From: Octopus vulgaris
Lineage: Eukaryota
Assembly (NCBI GenBank): GCA_951406725.2
Contig: CATOCA020000028.1
Span: forward strand, 1-50,000
Reading direction: 5' to 3'
DNA length: 50,000 bases
The stretch's first letter is position 1. Every line of letters begins with the position of its first letter. The position numbers and the translations under genes are program-made. Below are positions 23,327 through 34,945 of this stretch, in pieces. The notes under the pieces were generated by a model. That model made no database searches, was not told the origin of the DNA, and saw nothing but the letters and a program-made list of their open reading frames with translations.

Positions 23327-24615
23327 TTATTTCTTTATTACCCACTAGGGGCGAACATAGAGGGGACAATACAATCTGATGTGGGGTCAGACTAGTCTAT
23401 TATTGGTAGCCTTAATGGTCATAAATGAATTGGTTACTTCCTTTCTCTTCTTCTGGTTCTCTTCTTGAGGGGTGGTTTCTGTTTTCCGTTTTTTTTTTTT
23501 GGTAACTTTTGACCACCCCTCCTCTTTTTCTTTTTCTGCACCACTTGATGATTCTACTACCTCTTTGGTTTCATGTGTTTTTTCCTCTGTTTTCTTTTCT
23601 GTTTCTGTTTCTTCCTTTTCCGACGGTGCTTCTACCTGCGGTTTAGGTTGACACTCTGCTCTTACGTGTCCCTTTTTTCCGCAGCCGAAGCACCTCGGCT
23701 TTCTTCCTTCTACGAAAACTAACACTCTCTCCTCCTCACTGAGCCTCAGTACCTCCGGTATTTCTTCCAGTGTTTGGACTTCGGCTTGGATTGCCATTGT
23801 GATGCTCTGGCCTTGCCAAAACCCCTCCTCCTCCACTGTAGCTTGGAGGATTGTGATTTTGTCCTTCAGGCCTAGCATCACTGTTCCGAACCTTCTGCCT
23901 CTGTTTATGTATTTTATGTCTTTTCTTATTGCCTTCAGACACTCCTCTATTTTCTTTTCTTCCACTTTTTGGATGCTTTTTGTTGTTATATTGTAGGTCT
24001 TATAAATGATCCTTTTCTTTTCTATTTCTTCTTTCTTTCCGACATCTGCTTCCACTGCTATTTCGTTTCCTTCTTTTTTCAGAAAGACTTCATATTTTTC
24101 CAGGTTGCTGCTATCTGTGTTGATCCTTTTTTGTTTTCGCCCTGCGACTTCCGCGAACTTCTTCGCTGGGGCCTTTTCTTTTTCCGGCGTCATCGCCGAT
24201 CCTTTTTCCGGCGTCACCGCCGGTGAACTTTCTTCACCTGAGGTTGGTGAACTTTCATCACCTGAGATCGGTGAATATGAGATAGGGAGTTCCATCTCAA
24301 GCTTTTTCAATTGGCTTTCACAGCCTTCAGAAGACATTTTGGCTTTGCAAGCCATTTGTAGATTTTTAAATGTGTACCACACAAGATGTCCCACAATAAT
24401 TCCCCCGCAAGGGGGGAACTAAATACGCAGCCTTCGCGCGAAGGCCACTGACAGTCTTATTAAAAGACACAAAATAACAATATTAACACAGCAACAATAA
24501 ACTACTAACTTTCAACAACACTATTTCAGACAAAAAAACTCACGTTTCGTTTTGAGAATCAATGAATAAGTCAAAGTAACGTCCTATCGGCTTCACGACT
24601 GCATAATGTTGGGTG
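23327..24615 (-). mobile_element. ORF1-only (ORF2-less) derivative of the Tx1-like LINE, unit 0 of the array
   Basis: Has the family 5' UTR, a diverged ORF1 and the last ~65 nt of the 3' UTR. The ORF1 C-terminus and all of ORF2 are missing. Confidence 0.9.
23387..24337 (-). CDS. Shortened LINE ORF1 protein with CCHC zinc knuckle
   Basis: Open frame MSSEGCES...CFGCGKKGHVRAEC...ATNNRLV*. It has a 55-aa in-frame deletion relative to the full units. Confidence 0.75.
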   Translation of the reverse strand: MSSEGCESQLKKLEMELPISYSPISGDESSPTSGEESSPAVTPEKGSAMTPEKEKAPAKKFAEVAGRKQKRINTDSSNLEKYEVFLKKEGNEIAVEADVGKKEEIEKKRIIYKTYNITTKSIQKVEEKKIEECLKAIRKDIKYINRGRRFGTVMLGLKDKITILQATVEEEGFWQGQSITMAIQAEVQTLEEIPEVLRLSEEERVLVFVEGRKPRCFGCGKKGHVRAECQPKPQVEAPSEKEETETEKKTEEKTHETKEVVESSSGAEKEKEEGWSKVTKKKKRKTETTPQEENQKKRKEVTNSFMTIKATNNRLV

Positions 24616-24865
24616 TTTTATTATTACCCACAAGGGGCCAACAAAGAGGGGACAATACAACCTGATGTGGGGTCAGATTCACGTATGAGGTTACAAAAGT
24701 ATGAGTTTAAAAATTTCAAAAATTTACAAAAATTGCAAAAATTATAAAAATCGAATGAGAAAAAACAGACCGGAAGACACTACAGGTGGAGTGGGGGCGG
24801 GTTCAGCTCGGACCCCACGAGCCCCGCCTCACCACTGATACTTTTGGTTTCGTTTTGATCTACAT

Positions 24866-27800
24866 TTATGTGGTGTCATCCATTCTCAACTTCCGTGCTA
24901 CATCCTTCCATCGTTCTTCATACACTCTTTTAGTCAGGCATTTTCTCTCCAGCCCTATCTTCCTTTTCAGGTGGTAGATGAAGTAATTCATCAACCCAGG
25001 GCCGGATATGAACTTGCCTGACCGTATACCTTTCATTCTCGTCTTCCATATCACCTCCTTCGCAATTGCTACCACAACGAGAAAACAAGTCTTACCTTCT
25101 TTCGCGAGGAAATCTGGTGGGTCAATTTTTTTAATACACTCAGTCGACAGCTGTACTCTTCGTGTGCTTGACAACAGCTGTTCGGCATAAACCCACACCT
25201 CAGACACGTCCGAACAATGAACAATAGCGTGCGGGACGGTTTCCCTATCCCGCCCGCATCTTGGACACATCGGACTGTCTTGGCCACCGTGCCTTGCGAG
25301 TTTATCCCGAACAGGTAGAGCTCCTCTGTAGCATTGCCATGCCAGAGACTTCTGGAAGTTGTCCAGAGTCTTCGGCTCGAACGTACGTCGGAACAGACTA
25401 GCCAGCTGATTATCGTCGAGACCCAGGGTTTCCCCAAGGTGTCTTCACATTCCGCCTCTACCAACCCTCTATAGAAGAATGTGGTGGAACCCCCACCGCA
25501 GGCGTTGCCCGAGCGACGGAATAGCAGGAGGGCCTTTCGACACTCCGTATACCATGTACCGAGTTTCGATCTACGATTCAACCAGGTTTCCCATCCACCG
25601 AAACTAGTGAACTTGGGAAACATCAGTTTTGCTAACGGAGACCACACCCGTTCACCATCCAGGTAGAGCCACAGATGTCTTAACCTCAGCGCATGTCTGC
25701 GCATCATCAGCCAAGGCATCCCTAGCCCACCCTTTAACGGTTGTTGACAGCAAGTAGAGCGTTTCACAAGTGGTTTCCTGCCCTTCCACAGGAAGTAGAA
25801 GAGCTGTCTTTCCAACTTGGTCAACCACGAATCAGGGCATGGAACGACGGAAAGGCGGTAGATGATAACCGATGCGATAAACACATTGGCCACCTCCGCC
25901 CTCCCTTTCAAGGATAGCCACCGCCTAGACCAGGTCTTGGCTACTGCAGCCACCTTGCTCGTTACCTCGCCCCAATTCTTCTCTATTTGGAGGTCTGGAC
26001 CGAACCAGACCCCTAGCAGTTTAATCGGACCCTCCGTCCAACGTCCCACGACGCTGTCAGGAGGCATCGACTTGCCTCTCCAGGTGCCGAGTTGCAAGCC
26101 GACTGACTTTTCGCGATTAACTTTTGCTCCTGTCACCGTCTCGTAATCCTCTATGGCCTTGCCTACTTTACATAGGTGGTCCATTTCGGTCACGATGATG
26201 GTGATGTCGTCCGCGTACGCTGACACTGATTTTCCATTACCTGGCTGTCTCGGGATGCCGCTCAGTTTTCGCAGTAATGGCTCAAGAGCCATCACGTACA
26301 AAAGCGGGGAGAGCGGACACCCTTGACGAACCGAGCGTTTGATTTTGAACGGCTTCGACAAGAAGCCGTTCACCCGAACTACCGAGTCGATGTTGTCGTA
26401 AATTTGGATAATCCACCTGAGGAAGCCAAGGCCCAGCCCGAACTGTGCCAGAGCAGACACCAGGTAACGATGGTCGACCCTATCAAAAGCTTTGGATTGG
26501 TCTAAATGGACCAGTGCCCCACCCTTGCCAGAATCACTATTAAACCCCTCTATAGTGTACCGCATTAGATGGAGATTATCCTGAATGGTTCTGCCCGGAA
26601 CGGCACATGTCTGTGCCTCCCCGATCAGACCATCCGCGACACGCGCCAATCTTTTCGATAACACTTTGGCCAAAATCTTCAACTCTGTGTTTAGCAGAGT
26701 GATGGGCCTGAAATTATCAATGCACTCCCCCTTGCTCGGGTCCTTTCTGACGAGAGTCACCACTCCCCGGCGCACAGATCTGGGTATCAACCCGTTCTGC
26801 TGCCAGTTCGCATAGACTTCCGCCAGTAGGTGCCCGAACAAGTCTGGCATATTCTTATATAACTCGTAGGGTAGACCATCCAAACCCGGCGCCTTGCCCG
26901 CGCCGCAGTCCGCCATTGCCTCCACCACCTCCTCAGGCGTGATTGGCCCTTCACAGCCCTCCGCATCTCGCCCCGATAAGCGCGGCAGCCCGTCGAGTAG
27001 GTCCGTAAAGGCCCTCCTCCTATCCAGTCCGCCGCACTCACCGAAAAGCTGAGCGAAGTGCTCCTGAAAGGCCTCACACATCTCCTCGGGTTCGTCTATC
27101 AACTCACCTTGTTGGTTCTTCAAAGATCGAATCGTGGCATCGTTGCCATTCCGGGCTTCCACCACTCGGGCCCATCTCACGGCGTTGATTCCTTCACATC
27201 CCATATGACGGATTCTAGCCCTGACAATGCAGCCCATGTGTTTGGCCTCGAGGTGCTGGTTTAACACCAGTCTCTTGGACGCCACCTGAGCCGCAGAGCC
27301 AGTTTTCATGGCTTCCTCTAATTCCTTAACTAGAGTAGTTTCCCTTCTAGCCTCTCTAGACACTACTCCTATGCTATATCTAATAGACTCAAACTTGATG
27401 GCTCGTTTGAGGGCGTACCACCATTTGTTATTAATGATGGCACCAGACAGCGCCCTCTGAATTATGGTCCTAATCCGGTCTCTGTACTCCTTAATCGCCA
27501 AAAGGGACGTATTAAGTTTCCAGTAACCGGATCCTCTCTTTCTAACCTTATCTATGTCAAGCTTACAGGTGACCATTTTATGATCACTGTAGCTGATCGG
27601 GTAAAACTGTGGACGCTTAGCTATTTTACTGTCTACCTTTCTAATTAGAATTCTATCTATGTATGACCTGGAAGATCCGTCGCTGTTTGACCATGTCCAC
27701 AATGGAGCGTTCGGAAATTCCAACCTATAAGGATCTGCTAGCTCAAAGCGGCTTAGCAGTTCCAGGAAGCATGTGTTACCTTTTCTATCATTCGAGCCAA

Positions 27801-28260
27801 CACAATCTACATCCGCTTTGCAAATTGTGTTAAAGTCTCCTAGCACAACTATTGAATGCGAAGTACCGAGAAAGTTCTCTAGATCACGATAATAATCACT
27901 TTGCCCATTATTACTGCAGGGTGCGTAAATTGCAACCAGTCTGATAACTTTACCGTTACTGAACGTCAAATCCATGACGACCAGCCTACCTTCTGGGTCT
28001 GAAAAAATTAACTTTTTCTCAAAAACCCGGTTTCTTTTTAGTAGGACCAACACCCCACTCCCGCCTGCAGGACTGCCAGGAGAGAAAAAACTCTCGTAGC
28101 CGTCAAACAGTGGGAGTAGATCTCTTGGCCCCTTTAACCGGGTTTCTGTAGCAACAATAACATCCAAATTGCGCGACCTGATATCATTAAGGAAGCGACC
28201 TTGCTTCCCGCTTGATCCCAGGCCGCGCACATTTAAACAACCAACAGAAATGTAGTTCAT
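24866..28260 (-). CDS. ORF2: APE endonuclease + reverse transcriptase + C-terminal zinc finger (one frameshift near 25.43 kb)
   Basis: APE motifs LNVRGL, ETRL, YAP, GDFN, IDRI, SDH. RT motifs KAPGLDG, NFRPITLLN, DQSKAFDRVDH, QGCPLSP, YADD. Zinc finger CPRCGRDRETVPHAIVHC. Confidence 0.92.
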
Positions 28261-28268
28261 CACTTACC

Positions 28269-29599
28269 TTATATCGGTAGTTTGGCTTTTTCGGCGGTTT
28301 CGCCTTCTTCTTCATTTTTTTTTTCTTTGGCTCGTGGGGAGTCCGACGTAGGCCCTCGTATAGATATGGAGACATGTCCAGTCTCAGAGGGCCCACGTCG
28401 TGGAAGAACTCGGATTTTATCCTCCTGTAGTCCTTCCGGCCTATTTTATATATGATGAAGTCTTTCATCTTCCTTATACGTTCCACCTTGGCCATGGCTG
28501 CCAACACATTGACAAGTCTGTTGTTAGTAGCCTTAATGGCCATAAATGAAGAAGTAACCTCTTTCCTTTTCTTTAGGTTTTCTTCTTCTTGAGGGGTGGT
28601 TTCAGTTTTCCGTTTTTTTTTGGTAACTTTAGACCACCCCTCCTCTTTTTCGTTTTCTTTTTCCTTTTCTGCAGCTTTTTCCACCTCTTTGGTTTCCTTT
28701 TTTTCCTCCGTTTCTTCTTTCTCCGACGGTTCTTCTGTCTGCGGTTTCGGTTGACACTCCGCTCTCACGTGCCCCTTCTTTCCGCAGCCGAAGCACCTCG
28801 GTTTTCTTCCTTCTACAAATACTAGAACTCGCTCCTCCTCATCTAGCCTCAGCACCTCTGGTATTTCTTCCAGAGTCTGGGCCTCTGCTTGTATAGCCAT
28901 TGTTATGATCTGGCCCTGCCAAAATCCCTCCTCCTCCACTGTAGCTTGGAGGATGTTGATTTTTTCTTTCAGGCCCAGCATCACTGCCGCCACCAGGCAT
29001 GAGGCGTCTGCCTCTGGGGGAATATTTCTCATTACTATCTTTGAAGTCCTTCTTCCTTTGTACAAGGGTAGAAGGACTAGATTTCCCGCTTTCTGAGGTT
29101 CTGTGGATAGCTTCTTAGCTATTTCTTCGGTTCTGAACCTCACTTCTACTGTTCCGAACCGTCTTCCTCTATTTATGTAAGTGATATCTTTTCTGATTGT
29201 CTTCAGGCACTCCTCTATTTTGCATTCTTCCACTTTTTGTATGCTTTTTGTAGTCGTGCTGTATGTCTTGTATATAATTCTTTTTTTTTCTATCTCTTCC
29301 TTTTTTTCCATATCTTTTTTCACTGCAATTTCATTTCCTTCTTTCTTTAGAAGGTCTTCATATTTCTCTAGGTTTTCTATATCTATATCTTTCTGTTTGC
29401 GTCCAACAACTTCCGCAAACTTCTTTGTTGGGGCCTTTTGTTCTGGCGTTACCGCCGATTCTTTTTCCGGTGTCACCGCCGGCGTGCTTCTCTCACCCGA
29501 GGTTTGAGATTCTTCATCACCTGAGATGGGTGAATAGGTAATGGGGAAATCCATTTCGAATTTTCCTTCCAGTTTGTATTCACTGCCTTCCAAAGACAT
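28269..29599 (-). CDS. ORF1: gag-like nucleic-acid-binding protein with CCHC knuckle (C-terminal frame ambiguous from homopolymer indels)
   Basis: MSLEGSEY... with Cx2Cx4Hx4C knuckle and K/E-rich tail. The stop is placed by analogy with unit 5 (49399). Confidence 0.85.
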
Positions 29600-29625
29600 T
29601 CTGGCTTTGCAGCCGTTAGTAGAAA

Positions 29626-29659
<34 letters not shown>

Positions 29660-29872
29660 GATGTGTTTCGTACACGAAGGCACACAATAATTCCCCCACG
29701 GGGGGAACTACGTACACAACCTTCGCGCGAAGGCCACTAACCGTCTTATTGAAAAGACACAAAATAACAATATTAACACAGCAACAATAAACTACTAACT
29801 TTCAACAACACTATTTCAGACAAAAAAACTCACGTTTCGTTTTTGAGAATCAATGAATAAGTCAAAGTAACG

Positions 29873-29906
29873 TCCTGTCGGCTTCACGACTGCATAATGT
29901 TGGGTG
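29873..29906 (-). promoter_or_regulatory. Putative internal Pol II promoter (MTE/DPE-like) at the unit 5' end, present at every junction
   Basis: CACCCAACATTATGCAGTCGTGAAGCCGACAGGACGT places a DPE-like GGACG about 30 nt from the junction. Confidence 0.35.
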
Positions 29907-30154
29907 TTTTATTATTACCCACAAGGGGCCAACAAAGAGGGGACAATACAACCTGATGTGGGGTCAGATTCACGTATGAGGTTACAAAAGTATGAGTTTA
30001 AAAATTTCAAAAATTCACAAAATTGCAAAAATTATAAAAATCGAATGAGAAAAAACAGACCGGAAGACACTACAGGTGGAGTGGGGCGGGTTCAGCTCGG
30101 ACCCCACGAGCCCCGCCTCACCACTGATACTTTTGGTTTCGTTTTGATCTACAT

Positions 30155-33100
30155 TTATGTGGTGTCATTCATTCTCAACTTCCGTGCTACATCCTTCCAT
30201 CGTTCTTCATACACTCTTTTAGTCAGGCATTTTCTCTCCAGCCCTATCTTCCTTTTCAGGTGGTAGATGAAGTAATTCATCAACCCAGGGCCGGATATGA
30301 ACTTGCCTGACCGTATACCTTTCATTCTCGTCTTCCATATCACCTCCTTCGCAATTGCTACCACAACGAGAAAACAAGTCTTACCTTCTTTCGCGAGGAA
30401 ATCTGGTGGGTCAATTTTTTAATACACTCAGTCGACAGCTGTACTCTTCGTGTGCTTGACAACAGCTGTTCGGCATAAACCCACACCTCAGACACGTCCG
30501 AACAATGAACAATAGCGTGCGGGACGGTTTCCCTATCCCGCCCGCATCTTGGACACATCGGACTGTCTTGGCCACCGTGCCTTGCGAGTTTATCCCGAAC
30601 AGGTAGAGCTCCTCTGTAGCATTGCCATGTCAGAGACTTCTGGAAGTTGTCCAGAGTCTTCGGCTCGAACGTACGTCGGAACAGACTAGCCAGCTGATTA
30701 TCGTCGAGACCCAGGGTTTCCCCCAAGGTGTCTTCACATTCCGCCTCTACCAACCCTCTATAGAAGAATGTGGTGGAACCCCCACCGCAGGCGTTGCCCG
30801 AGCGACGGAATAGCAGGAGGGCCTTTCGACACTCCGTATACCATGTACCGAGTTTCGATCTACGATTCAACCAGGTTTCCCATCCACCGAAACTAGTGAA
30901 CTTGGGAAACATCAGTTTTGCTAACGGAGACCACACCCGTTCACCATCCAGGTAGAGCCACAGATGTCTTAACCTCAGCGCATGTCTGCGCATCATCAGC
31001 CAAGGCATCCCTAGCCCACCCTTTAACGGTTGTTGACAGCAAGTAGAGCGTTTCACAAGTGGTTTCCTGCCCTTCCACAGGAAGTAGAAGAGCTGTCTTT
31101 CCAACTTGGTCAACCACGAATCAGGGCATGGAACGACGGAAAGGCGGTAGATGATAACCGATGCGATAAACACATTGGCCACCTCCGCCCTCCCTTTCAA
31201 GGATAGCCACCGCCTAGACCAGGTCTTGGCTACTGCAGCCACCTTGCTCGTTACCTCGCCCCAATTCTTCTCTATTTGGAGGTCTGGACCGAACCAGACC
31301 CCTAGCAGTTTAATCGGACCCTCCGTCCAACGTCCCACGACGCTGTCAGGAGGCATCGACTTGCCTCTCCAGGTGCCGAGTTGCAAGCCGACTGACTTTT
31401 CGCGATTAACTTTTGCTCCTGTCACCGTCTCGTAATCCTCTATGGCCTTGCCTACTTTACATAGGTGGTCCATTTCGGTCACGATGATGGTGATGTCGTC
31501 CGCGTACGCTGACACTGATTTTCCATTACCTGGCTGTCTCGGGATGCCGCTCAGTTTTCGCAGTAATGGCTCAAGAGCCATCACGTACAAAAGCGGGGAG
31601 AGCGGACACCCTTGACGAACCGAGCGTTTGATTTTGAACGGCTTCGACAAGAAGCCGTTCACCCGAACTACCGAGTCGATGTTGTCGTAAATTTGGATAA
31701 TCCACCTGAGGAAGCCAAGGCCCAGCCCGAACTGTGCCAGAGCAGACACCAGGTAACGATGGTCGACCCTATCAAAAGCTTTGGATTGGTCTAAATGGAC
31801 CAGTGCCCCACCCTTGCCAGAATCACTATTAAACCCCTCTATAGTGTACCGCATTAGATGGAGATTATCCTGAATGGTTCTGCCCGGAACGGCACATGTC
31901 TGTGCCTCCCCGATCAGACCATCCGCGACACGCGCCAATCTTTTCGATAACACTTTGGCCAAAATCTTCAACTCTGTGTTTAGCAGAGTGATGGGCCTGA
32001 AATTATCAATGCACTCCCCCTTGCTCGGGTCCTTTCTGACGAGAGTCACCACTCCCCGGCGCACAGATCTGGGTATCAACCCGTTCTGCTGCCAGTTCGC
32101 ATAGACTTCCGCCAGTAGGTGCCCGAACAAGTCTGGCATATTCTTATATAACTCGTAGGGTAGACCATCCAAACCCGGCGCCTTGCCCGCGCCGCAGTCC
32201 GCCATTGCCTCCACCACCTCCTCAGGCGTGATTGGCCCTTCACAGCCCTCCGCATCTCGCCCCGATAAGGCGCGGCAGCCCGTCGAGTAGGTCCGTAAAG
32301 GCCCTCCTCCTATCCAGTCCGCCGCACTCACCGAAAAGCTGAGCGAAGTGCTCCTGAAAGGCCTCACACATCTCCTCGGGTTCGTCTATCAACTCACCTT
32401 GTTGGTTCTTCAAAGATCGAATCGTGGCATCGTTGCCATTCCGGGCTTCCACCACTCGGGCCCATCTCACGGCGTTGATTCCTTCACATCCCATATGACG
32501 GATTCTAGCCCTGACAATGCAGCCCATGTGTTTGGCCTCGAGGTGCTGGTTTAACACCAGTCTCTTGGACGCCACCTGAGCCGCAGAGCCAGTTTTCATG
32601 GCTTCCTCTAATTCCTTAACTAGAGTAGTTTCCCTTCTAGCCTCTCTAGACACTACTCCTATGCTATATCTAATAGACTCAAACTTGATGGCTCGTTTGA
32701 GGGCGTACCACCATTTGTTATTAATGATGGCACCAGACAGCGCCCTCTGAATTATATTCCTAATCCGGTCTCTGTACTCCTTAATCGCCAAAAGGGACGT
32801 ATTAAGTTTCCAGTAACCGGATCCTCTCTTTCTAACCTTATCTATGTCAAGCTTACAAGTGACCATTTTATGATCACTGTAGCTGATCGGGTAAAACTGT
32901 GGACACTTAGCTATTTTACTGTCTACCTTTCTAATTAGAATTCTATCTATGTATGACCTGGAAGATCCGTCGCTGTTTGACCATGTCCACAATGGAGCGT
33001 TCGGAAATTCCAACCTATAAGGATCTGCTAGCTCAAAGCGGCTTAGCAGTTCCAGGAAGCCACTGTTACCTTTTCTATCATTCGAGCCAACACAATCTAC

Positions 33101-33548
33101 ATCCGCTTTGCAAATTGTGTTAAAGTCTCCTAGCACCACTATTGAATGCGAAGTACCGAGAAAGTTCTCTAGATCACGATAATAATCACTTTGCCCATTA
33201 TTACTGCAGGGTGCGTAAATTGCAACCAGTCTGATAACTTTACCGTTACTGAACGTCAAATCCATGACGACCAGCCTACCTTCTGGGTCTGAAAAATTAA
33301 CTTTTTCTCAAAACCCGGTTTCTTTTTAGTAGGACCAACACCCCACTCCCGCCTGCAGGACTGCCAGGAGAGAAAAAACTCTCGTAGCCGTCAAACAGTG
33401 GGAGTAGATCTCTTGGCCCCTTTAACCGGGTTTCTGTAGCAACAATAACATCCAAATTGCGCGACCTGATATCATTAAGGAAGCGACCTTGCTTCCAGCT
33501 TGATCCCAGGCCGCGCACATTTAAACAACCAACAGAAATGTAGTTCAT
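30155..33548 (-). CDS. ORF2 APE-RT (several 1-nt frameshifts)
   Basis: ORF pieces 33297-33551, 32240-33265, 30358-32367 and 30155-30364. Confidence 0.85.
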
Positions 33549-33556
33549 CACTTACC

Positions 33557-34885
33557 TTATATCGGTAGTTTGGCTTTTTCGGCGGTTTCGCCTTCTTCTT
33601 CATTTTTTTTTCTTTGGCTCGTGGGGGAGTCCGACGTAGGCCCTCGTATAGATATGGAGACATGTCCAGTCTCAGAGGGCCCACGTCGTGGAAGAACTCG
33701 ATTTTATCCTCCTGTAGTCCTTCCGGCCTATTTTATATATGATGAAGTCTTTCATCTTCCTTACTCGTTCCACCTTGGCCATGGCTGCCAACACATTGAC
33801 AAGTCTGTTGTTAGTAGCCTTAATGGCCATAAATGAAGAAGTAACCTCTTTCCTTTTCTTTAGGTTTTCTTCTTCTTGAGGGGTGGTTTCAGTTTTCCGT
33901 TTTTTTTTGGTAACTTTAGACCACCCCTCCTCTTTTTCGTTTTCTTTTTCCTTTTCTGCAGCTTTTTCCACCTCTTTGGTTTCCTTTTTTTCCTCCGTTT
34001 CTTCTTTCTCCGACGGTTCTTCTGTCTGCGGTTTCGGTTGACACTCCGCTCTCACGTGCCCCTTCTTTCCGCAGCCGAAGCACCTCGGTTTTCTTCCTTC
34101 TACAAATACTAGAACTCGCTCCTCCTCATCTAGCCTCAGCACCTCTGGTATTTCTTCCAGAGTCTGGGCCTCTGCTTGTATAGCCATTGTTATGATCTGG
34201 CCCTGCCAAAATCCCTCCTCCTCCACTGTAGCTTGGAGGATGTTGATTTTTTCTTTCAGGCCCAGCATCACTGCCGCCACCAGGCATGAGGCGTCTGCCT
34301 CTGGGGGAATATTTCTCATTACTATCTTTGAAGTCCTTCTTCCTTTGTACAAGGGTAGAAGGACTAGATTTCCCGCTTTCTGAGGTTCTGTGGATAGCTT
34401 CTTAGCTATTTCTTCTGTTCTGAACCTCACTTCTACTGTTCCGAACCGTCTTCCTCTGTTTATATAAGTGATATCTTTTCTGATTGTCTTCAGGCACTCC
34501 TCTATTTTGCATTCTTCCACTTTTTGTATGCTTTTTGTAGTCGTGCTGTATGTCTTGTATATAATTCTTTTATTTTCTATCTCTTCCTTTTTTTCCATAT
34601 CTTTTTTCACTGCAATTTCATTTCCTTCTTTCTTTAGAAGGTCTTCATATTTCTCTAGGTTTTCTATATCTATATTTTTCTGTTTGCGTCCAACAACTTC
34701 CGCAAACTTCTTTGTTGGGGCCTTTTGTCTGGCGTTACCGCCGATTCTTTTTCCGGTGTCACCGCCGGCGTGCTTCTCTCACCCGAGGTTTGAGATTCTT
34801 CATCACCTGAGATGGGTGAATAGGTAATGGGGAAATCCATTTCGAATTTTCCTTCCAGTTTGCATTCACTGCCTTCCAAAGACAT
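33557..34885 (-). CDS. ORF1 (frameshifted)
   Basis: ORF pieces 34670-34969, 33672-34610 and 33475-33684. Confidence 0.8.
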
Positions 34886-34911
34886 TCTGGCTTTGCAGCC
34901 GTTAGTAGAAA

Positions 34912-34945
<34 letters not shown>

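Larger units (their letters stand above)
24616..29906 (-). mobile_element. Tx1/L1-clade non-LTR retrotransposon, unit 1 (ORF2 subtype A)
   Basis: 5' UTR, ORF1, ORF2 and 3' UTR ending GTGGGTAATAATAAAA. Length 5291 bp. Confidence 0.95.

Noticed and set aside
23870-23890. The 165-nt ORF1 deletion in unit 0 as a spliced intron
   Set aside because: No register gives GT..AG ends. A CAGT microhomology explains it.
24596-24615. CGACTGCATAAT matches U1 snRNA just before its Sm site, suggesting a U1-targeting Tx1
   Set aside because: Only 12 nt match. The Sm site itself and the flanking U1 stems do not match, and no U1 gene body is present.
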